Positions 15,917 through 20,000 of a stretch of 20,000 bases of DNA are shown piece by piece. Position 1 is the stretch's first letter, and the number at the start of each line of letters is the position of its first letter. The position numbers and the translations under genes are program-made. The DNA is from an uncultured virus (IMG/VR IMGVR_UViG_3300031087_000497) (lineage: Duplodnaviria; Heunggongvirae; Uroviricota; Caudoviricetes): IMG/VR virus record IMGVR_UViG_3300031087_000497; one strand, written 5' to 3'. The notes beneath the pieces were generated by a model. That model saw nothing but the letters and a program-made list of their open reading frames with translations. It searched no databases and was not told where the DNA came from.

Positions 15917-16064
15917 GGTCAACGCGCTATTTGAAAGCTCTTCCTACCAGAACTGGAAAAAAGGACAGGAAAACCAGAACAAAGCGATCTCGTCGGTGAT
16001 CGGCGGCATCAACAACGTGATCAAGGGACTGAACATGCTTGGTAAGTCCCTGAACGGGCCATGA
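15822..16064 (+). CDS. Small ORF overlapping the PmgB-like gene in the +1 frame; possible frameshift extension or independent gene
   Basis: 80 aa, amphipathic helical sequence that fills an otherwise empty 150 bp. The frame is open from 15768; GAGG lies 5 nt before the GTG. Confidence 0.6.
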   Translation: MKFWKQLNNTKSDLALYFGQDLLTANRLTLSEVNALFESSSYQNWKKGQENQNKAISSVIGGINNVIKGLNMLGKSLNGP

Positions 16065-16068
16065 TGGC

Positions 16069-16109
16069 GCAAACACACCATCAGAGAGAAGGTTTCTCCA
16101 CCGCAAAAT
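16069..16109 (+). promoter_or_regulatory. Candidate phage late promoter 4 (lysis operon)
   Basis: GCAAAC (16069-16074), 29 bp, CAAAAT (16104-16109). Confidence 0.6.
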
Positions 16110-16143
16110 GTCGGTCATGTGCTTATGGGAACAGGACCGGAAA

Positions 16144-16455
16144 ATGTCGACGATTTTGGAGAGCCCTGCGGTGAAGTGGGTGGCGAACGTCGTGCAAGTG
16201 CTCTTCATCACGTTCCTTTGCTGGCTGGGAAGCAACATTGGATCGTCTGTGAAGTCGTTCAGCACCAAGCTTGATGATGTCATGACGTCGATAGGGAAAA
16301 TCGCTGGCGAGCAGGCCATGCAAGCGCGTGACTTGCGCTCGCTTGATCAGCGCGTTGGGCGGATTGAAGGCAAAACAGAGTCCCTGGAGCAGAGAGTTAT
16401 AAGGATCTCGTTTCAGGTAGAGCAGCTGGAAAAGGATAAAACACGTGGCCGATAA
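16144..16455 (+). CDS. Membrane protein with N-terminal TM helix and coiled coil; putative holin or antiholin
   Basis: 103 aa from the ATG at 16144 (ACAGGA RBS). Hydrophobic WVANVVQVLFITFLCWLG, then heptad repeats; overlaps the endolysin start. Confidence 0.6.
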   Translation: MSTILESPAVKWVANVVQVLFITFLCWLGSNIGSSVKSFSTKLDDVMTSIGKIAGEQAMQARDLRSLDQRVGRIEGKTESLEQRVIRISFQVEQLEKDKTRGR

Positions 16456-17140
16456 AGTCCTTGTGACACTCCCCCAGCTGCAAGTCGTGTGTATGACTGC
16501 GAATGGGCGCCAGGCGTGTGCGAAGTACCTGGTACCGCTTGTGGCTGCCATGCAGCGATATCAAATCAACACCCCGGCGAGAATCACCGCGTTCCTGGCG
16601 CAGATCGCCCACGAGTCGGCTGACTTTACGCGCGTCGAGGAAGGGCTGAACTACAGCGCTGACGGCTTGGCCAACACTTGGCCAAGTCGCTATGCGGTAC
16701 CGGATGGTAGCGGCAAATATGTGCGGGTGCTGGTTAACAACAAGTGGCGCAACAAGCCAAACACCCTGGCGTTGAAGCTGGAGCGCAAGCCGCAGGCGAT
16801 CGCCAATAACGCCTATGCCAACCGCTATGGAAACGGTGACGAAGCCAGCGGCGACGGCTGGCGATATCGCGGCGCTGGGCTCAAGCAGCTGACGTTCAGA
16901 GCGAACCACGAGGAATTCGCCAAGGCAATTGGTGTTTCGCTGGACAAGGTACCCGACATGCTCCGATCGCCAGAAGGTGCCGCGTTGTCGGCGGCCTGGT
17001 ACTGGAACTCTCGAAAGCTCAATGCGCTTGCCGATATCGGGGCGTTCACCGAGATCACACAGAAGATCAATGGCGGACAGATAGGGGCCGAGTCTCGTGA
17101 GGCATACCTGGCGCGGGCTCAAAAGGCGATTTGGATATGA
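16445..17140 (+). CDS. Glycoside hydrolase family 19 (chitinase-like) endolysin
   Basis: 231 aa, GTG start with AAAGGA RBS. FLAQIAHES, DGWRYRGAGLKQLT, SAAWYW and ITQKINGG are GH19 endolysin motifs. Confidence 0.93.
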   Translation: MADKVLVTLPQLQVVCMTANGRQACAKYLVPLVAAMQRYQINTPARITAFLAQIAHESADFTRVEEGLNYSADGLANTWPSRYAVPDGSGKYVRVLVNNKWRNKPNTLALKLERKPQAIANNAYANRYGNGDEASGDGWRYRGAGLKQLTFRANHEEFAKAIGVSLDKVPDMLRSPEGAALSAAWYWNSRKLNALADIGAFTEITQKINGGQIGAESREAYLARAQKAIWI

Positions 17141-17445
17141 ATACTTTTCTGCGGTGGATAGGGCGATTCGTGGAAGAGGGGGCATCTGGCAACCCATCGG
17201 TCAAGCGCTTCGGCTTCGCACTGTGTGTAACGGTTCTGACGGGTGTAATGGGGGCTTTTGGTGGCGTGATGGCAGCGGTCGTGTGGATGGAGCACGGCAG
17301 CGCCCAGGCCGTGGAGCTGGTGCGAATTGTCGCCAACTCGCTGGAGATCATTTCAGGAATGGTGCTGGCCTCCGTCACAACTGGCTACGTTGCTGGCAAG
17401 GCGGTAGAGCGACCACGCAAGGATGCACCACCCGAGCAACCCTAA
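17137..17445 (+). CDS. Putative holin (two hydrophobic segments)
   Basis: 102 aa; ATGA overlap with the endolysin stop. GNPSVKRF precedes TM1, then a second hydrophobic stretch and a charged C-terminus. Confidence 0.6.
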   Translation: MNTFLRWIGRFVEEGASGNPSVKRFGFALCVTVLTGVMGAFGGVMAAVVWMEHGSAQAVELVRIVANSLEIISGMVLASVTTGYVAGKAVERPRKDAPPEQP

Positions 17446-17472
17446 CGACGCGCCACGGCGCTGGAGTACGTC

Positions 17473-17928
17473 ATGAATACAGTCACCTGGGCAGTTGGCC
17501 TTGCGTTTGTCGTCGTTCTTTCGCTTTGGTCGGTCGATCACACGCGACAGAGCGAGGCGGCGGCACAGAAGAAGGCAGCAGTCCTTGAGGAAGAGCGGGA
17601 CCGGTTGGCGGCGTACAACACCGACCTGTCAGCCGCGCTGACGAGCCAAGCCGTGTTGCAGGACCAAATAACCGAGATCAGCCGGGCTACACAGCAGCTC
17701 AACACGAACCTCAGCAAGCAGGCGACCTTCATCAACCGCAAGTTCGAAGAGCTGAAGCGCAATGACAAACAAATCGCGGATTATTTGGGTGGCGCTGTGC
17801 CTGGTGACCTCGGGATGCAGTACGCAAGGCCCGACACCACCGACCCGATCGCCTATCGAGCAGGCGCCGCAGGTGTGCTCTCTAGTTCCATGCCCGCTGC
17901 CAGGCCGAGCGCCGCTGAAGGTCAATGA
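17473..17928 (+). CDS. Rz: Inner-membrane spanin (Rz/LysB-like)
   Basis: 151 aa with GGAG RBS. N-terminal TM WAVGLAFVVVLSLW, periplasmic coiled coil, C-terminal YLGGAVP motif. Confidence 0.85.
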   Translation: MNTVTWAVGLAFVVVLSLWSVDHTRQSEAAAQKKAAVLEEERDRLAAYNTDLSAALTSQAVLQDQITEISRATQQLNTNLSKQATFINRKFEELKRNDKQIADYLGGAVPGDLGMQYARPDTTDPIAYRAGAAGVLSSSMPAARPSAAEGQ

Positions 17929-18040
17929 GAGCACCTATAAGGCGCTCGATGACGTAGAAGAGGCGTTGACCTGGTGCGCTACTCAGGTGTTGGACTGCAT
18001 AGCAAAGCAGCAAGCTGCAAGGCGCAAGGCGCAGCAGTGA
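17762..18040 (+). CDS. Rz1: Outer-membrane spanin lipoprotein (Rz1/LysC-like)
   Basis: 92 aa overlapping the i-spanin in the +1 frame. Signal peptide ending in lipobox VTSG-C, Pro-rich linker, and LysC-like Cys pattern C..VPCPLP...WCATQV..C. Confidence 0.85.
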   Translation: MTNKSRIIWVALCLVTSGCSTQGPTPPTRSPIEQAPQVCSLVPCPLPGRAPLKVNESTYKALDDVEEALTWCATQVLDCIAKQQAARRKAQQ

Positions 18041-18044
18041 GTGG

Positions 18045-18755
18045 CTACGCGTGAGCGGGGGGTACGACGTTTGGCGTTGGTTTGCGGCTCTTAAGGCGCT
18101 GTTGGAGGAATCGTTTGGCATTCAATTCATCAGTGCGAATTCGTTTTGCCAAAGCTCGGTCTGCACGATCCATCTCGTGAACAGAAAACTTCTCCGCCGC
18201 TTCTTTCCGCGCGAGCACCACCCCTGGGTTTTCCATCAAATCATCGACAGATAAGACGGGGGTTTCCTCGACCGGCTCTCCCAGGAACATCCTGATCTGA
18301 TTGTGCCTCAGTGAGTGACAGTGAAAGCCGTAGCGCTCATAAATTGGCACTAACGCGACATCGCAAGAAAGCGCTACAGAAGGATACCGAGCCAAGATGT
18401 TGTTCATCATCAAGGTGAGCACCCCCTGGCCTCTGAAGGGTTTGCTCACGACGGTGTAGTAAATTCCTGACTCAGTGGTTGACCCGTTGATGGGCAGACC
18501 GCAAAGCGTAAAGCCGATCAAAACGCCATCTGATGATGCCGTGATCAGTTCCATTCTATAGGGCGCTTCCATTCCGAGGTATGACCAAACCTCAATCATG
18601 AGGGCGATCTTGTACGCTTCGAACTTCGGATGGCCGATAGGGGGGTGGGTCATGGCCAGCGCTGTGGCGTTGGCCGAAACAAGTTCCACAACCTGTTCGC
18701 GTATACCGTTATCGACAGGCGAGCGGTGCAGCTCGATCTTGATGCTACTCATCAT
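18045..18755 (-). CDS. GNAT-family N-acetyltransferase
   Basis: 236 aa with AAGGA RBS. Acetyl-CoA motif VVSKPFRGQGV, plus LIGF and YERYGF. Confidence 0.85.
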   Translation of the reverse strand: MMSSIKIELHRSPVDNGIREQVVELVSANATALAMTHPPIGHPKFEAYKIALMIEVWSYLGMEAPYRMELITASSDGVLIGFTLCGLPINGSTTESGIYYTVVSKPFRGQGVLTLMMNNILARYPSVALSCDVALVPIYERYGFHCHSLRHNQIRMFLGEPVEETPVLSVDDLMENPGVVLARKEAAEKFSVHEMDRADRALAKRIRTDELNAKRFLQQRLKSRKPTPNVVPPAHA

Positions 18756-18794
18756 GCATATCCTTGAAATGACGGCCAGCCCGCCGACGCCCTG

Positions 18795-20000
18795 TTACAG
18801 GAGCATTCGGCCTTCCGGCACCGACTGCTTGCCCAGGACCGGGTGGTGTGGGGTTACTCGGTCCATCGCGTACTTTGCCCATCGTGACATTAATGGTCGG
18901 CGCTTTTCCAGCAGGTTCCCGCGAAGGTAAGCGCGTGAGGTCGCGTTACCCACGACGTGAGCCAGTGAAATCTCACACAATTCGTGCGAAAAGGCGGTTT
19001 TCTCCGCCGCCCAGGTACGGAAGGTGGCGCGGAATCCGTGTGGTGTACATCCTTCGCCCATTTTCCGCAGCTGGCGCCGCAGGGAGTTGTCCGGCATCAT
19101 CGCGGTGGTGCGAATGCCTGGGAATACCAGCTCGCTACGCCCTCGGGTAGAAGTTTCCTTCAGTACCTCGATCGCTTCCTCGCTCAGCGGGATTTGGTGC
19201 TCGTTCCCGTTTTTCATGCGATCGCCTGGGATCGTCCAGACGCGGTTAATCATGTCTATTTCGTCCCATTTTGCGCCCAGCGCTTCACTGGTCCGGCAGG
19301 CAGTCAAAATCAGGAACTGCAAGCAGCGTGCTGCCCGAGAGTCTTCGCCTTCAAGAGCCCGCATGAACATTGGTAAGCGGGTGTAGTCCATGCTTTCGAG
19401 GGGATCGACCGATTTTTCGTTCTTCGCCATGAGATTTTGCAAGTGGCCTTTCCATCGGGCTGGGTTGTCCCCTTGTCGATGGCCATGTGCTTTGGCGTGG
19501 TCGAAAACCCGCTCAAGACGGTTACGGATGCGCCGCGCGGTTTCTGGTTTTTCTTGCCAAATGGGGTCAAGAACTTTCATGACATGCGGGGTGTCGGCCT
19601 TGCCCACAGGCACCAGGCCAATGATCGGAAAGACGTGTTCGGTCATAGAGTTAAGCCATTGCGATGCGTGCTTATCTGACCAGCCCGCGCGGTGGCGCTC
19701 AATGAACGTGAGTGTTTCGTCTTGAACTGTGACAGCCGCTACTACCGCTTCCTTGCGCTGTTCAAGAGGGTTCACGCCGTTATTGATTTGTACGCGCTGC
19801 TCCATCGCTTTCTTGCGAGCATCCGCTAGGCTGACCTCGGGGAAAGACCCCAGCCCCATGTCGTGGCGTGTTCCATTGAACTGATAGCGCAGGATCCAGG
19901 ACTTGGTGCCCGTTGGCCTGACTTTCAGACTGAGCCCGTGTTTATCCGAATAAACACCAGGCACTGTTATCGTCTCGATAACCTTTTGAGAGAGAGCCAT
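18795..20000 (-). CDS. int: Tyrosine integrase, P4-like family with N-terminal arm-binding domain
   Basis: 401 aa. Arm domain GLSLKV..TGTKSWILRY..MGLGSFPEVSLADAR; catalytic residues present: LTACRTSE, MKNG, HGFR, LAH, AY. The ATG falls on the last three bases of the window. Confidence 0.95.
   Translation of the reverse strand: MALSQKVIETITVPGVYSDKHGLSLKVRPTGTKSWILRYQFNGTRHDMGLGSFPEVSLADARKKAMEQRVQINNGVNPLEQRKEAVVAAVTVQDETLTFIERHRAGWSDKHASQWLNSMTEHVFPIIGLVPVGKADTPHVMKVLDPIWQEKPETARRIRNRLERVFDHAKAHGHRQGDNPARWKGHLQNLMAKNEKSVDPLESMDYTRLPMFMRALEGEDSRAARCLQFLILTACRTSEALGAKWDEIDMINRVWTIPGDRMKNGNEHQIPLSEEAIEVLKETSTRGRSELVFPGIRTTAMMPDNSLRRQLRKMGEGCTPHGFRATFRTWAAEKTAFSHELCEISLAHVVGNATSRAYLRGNLLEKRRPLMSRWAKYAMDRVTPHHPVLGKQSVPEGRMLL

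Larger units (their letters stand above)
203..18040. mobile_element. Part of a P1-like temperate myophage / phage-plasmid
   Basis: Partition cassette next to capsid, sheath, tube and lysis genes in P1-like order. The element's boundaries are not visible in the window. Confidence 0.85.

Noticed and set aside
16108..16143. Upstream ATG for the first lysis gene
   Set aside because: It overlaps the candidate -10 box and lacks an RBS; the ATG at 16144 has ACAGGA.
9838..18040. R-type tailocin or extracellular contractile injection system
   Set aside because: A major capsid gene, head-associated proteins and a par cassette indicate a phage.

Overview
The window is a segment of a large temperate myophage or phage-plasmid of the P1-like structural lineage. 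The host is probably a Pseudomonas-like gammaproteobacterium (inferred from composition and protein families, not proven). Left to right it holds: (1) a leftward type Ib partition cassette (ParA plus a small ribbon-helix-helix partner) flanked on both sides by 9-bp-period repeat arrays; (2) two large 'polyvalent' proteins sharing a 44-aa N-terminal tag, one with an HExxH/LPD1-like region and one with an LPD3-like domain and a C-terminal NPPF adenine methyltransferase; (3) a head/tail block resembling P1 gp23 capsid, gp22 sheath, gp21, PmgG, BplB, Tub and PmgB; (4) a lysis cassette (two membrane proteins, GH19 endolysin, overlapping i/o-spanins); (5) a convergent P4-type tyrosine integrase and GNAT acetyltransferase. 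The most notable observations are a GCAAAC-N29-nAnnAT motif at identical spacing in all four large + strand intergenic gaps (candidate late promoter), the shared N-terminal tag on the two putative virion-cargo proteins, recurring hydrophobic-L-D-(S/A/G) motifs suggesting an Asp-specific head maturation protease, and a candidate +1 frameshift in the tail chaperone. P1/T4/Pfam assignments come from remembered motifs, not from database searches.
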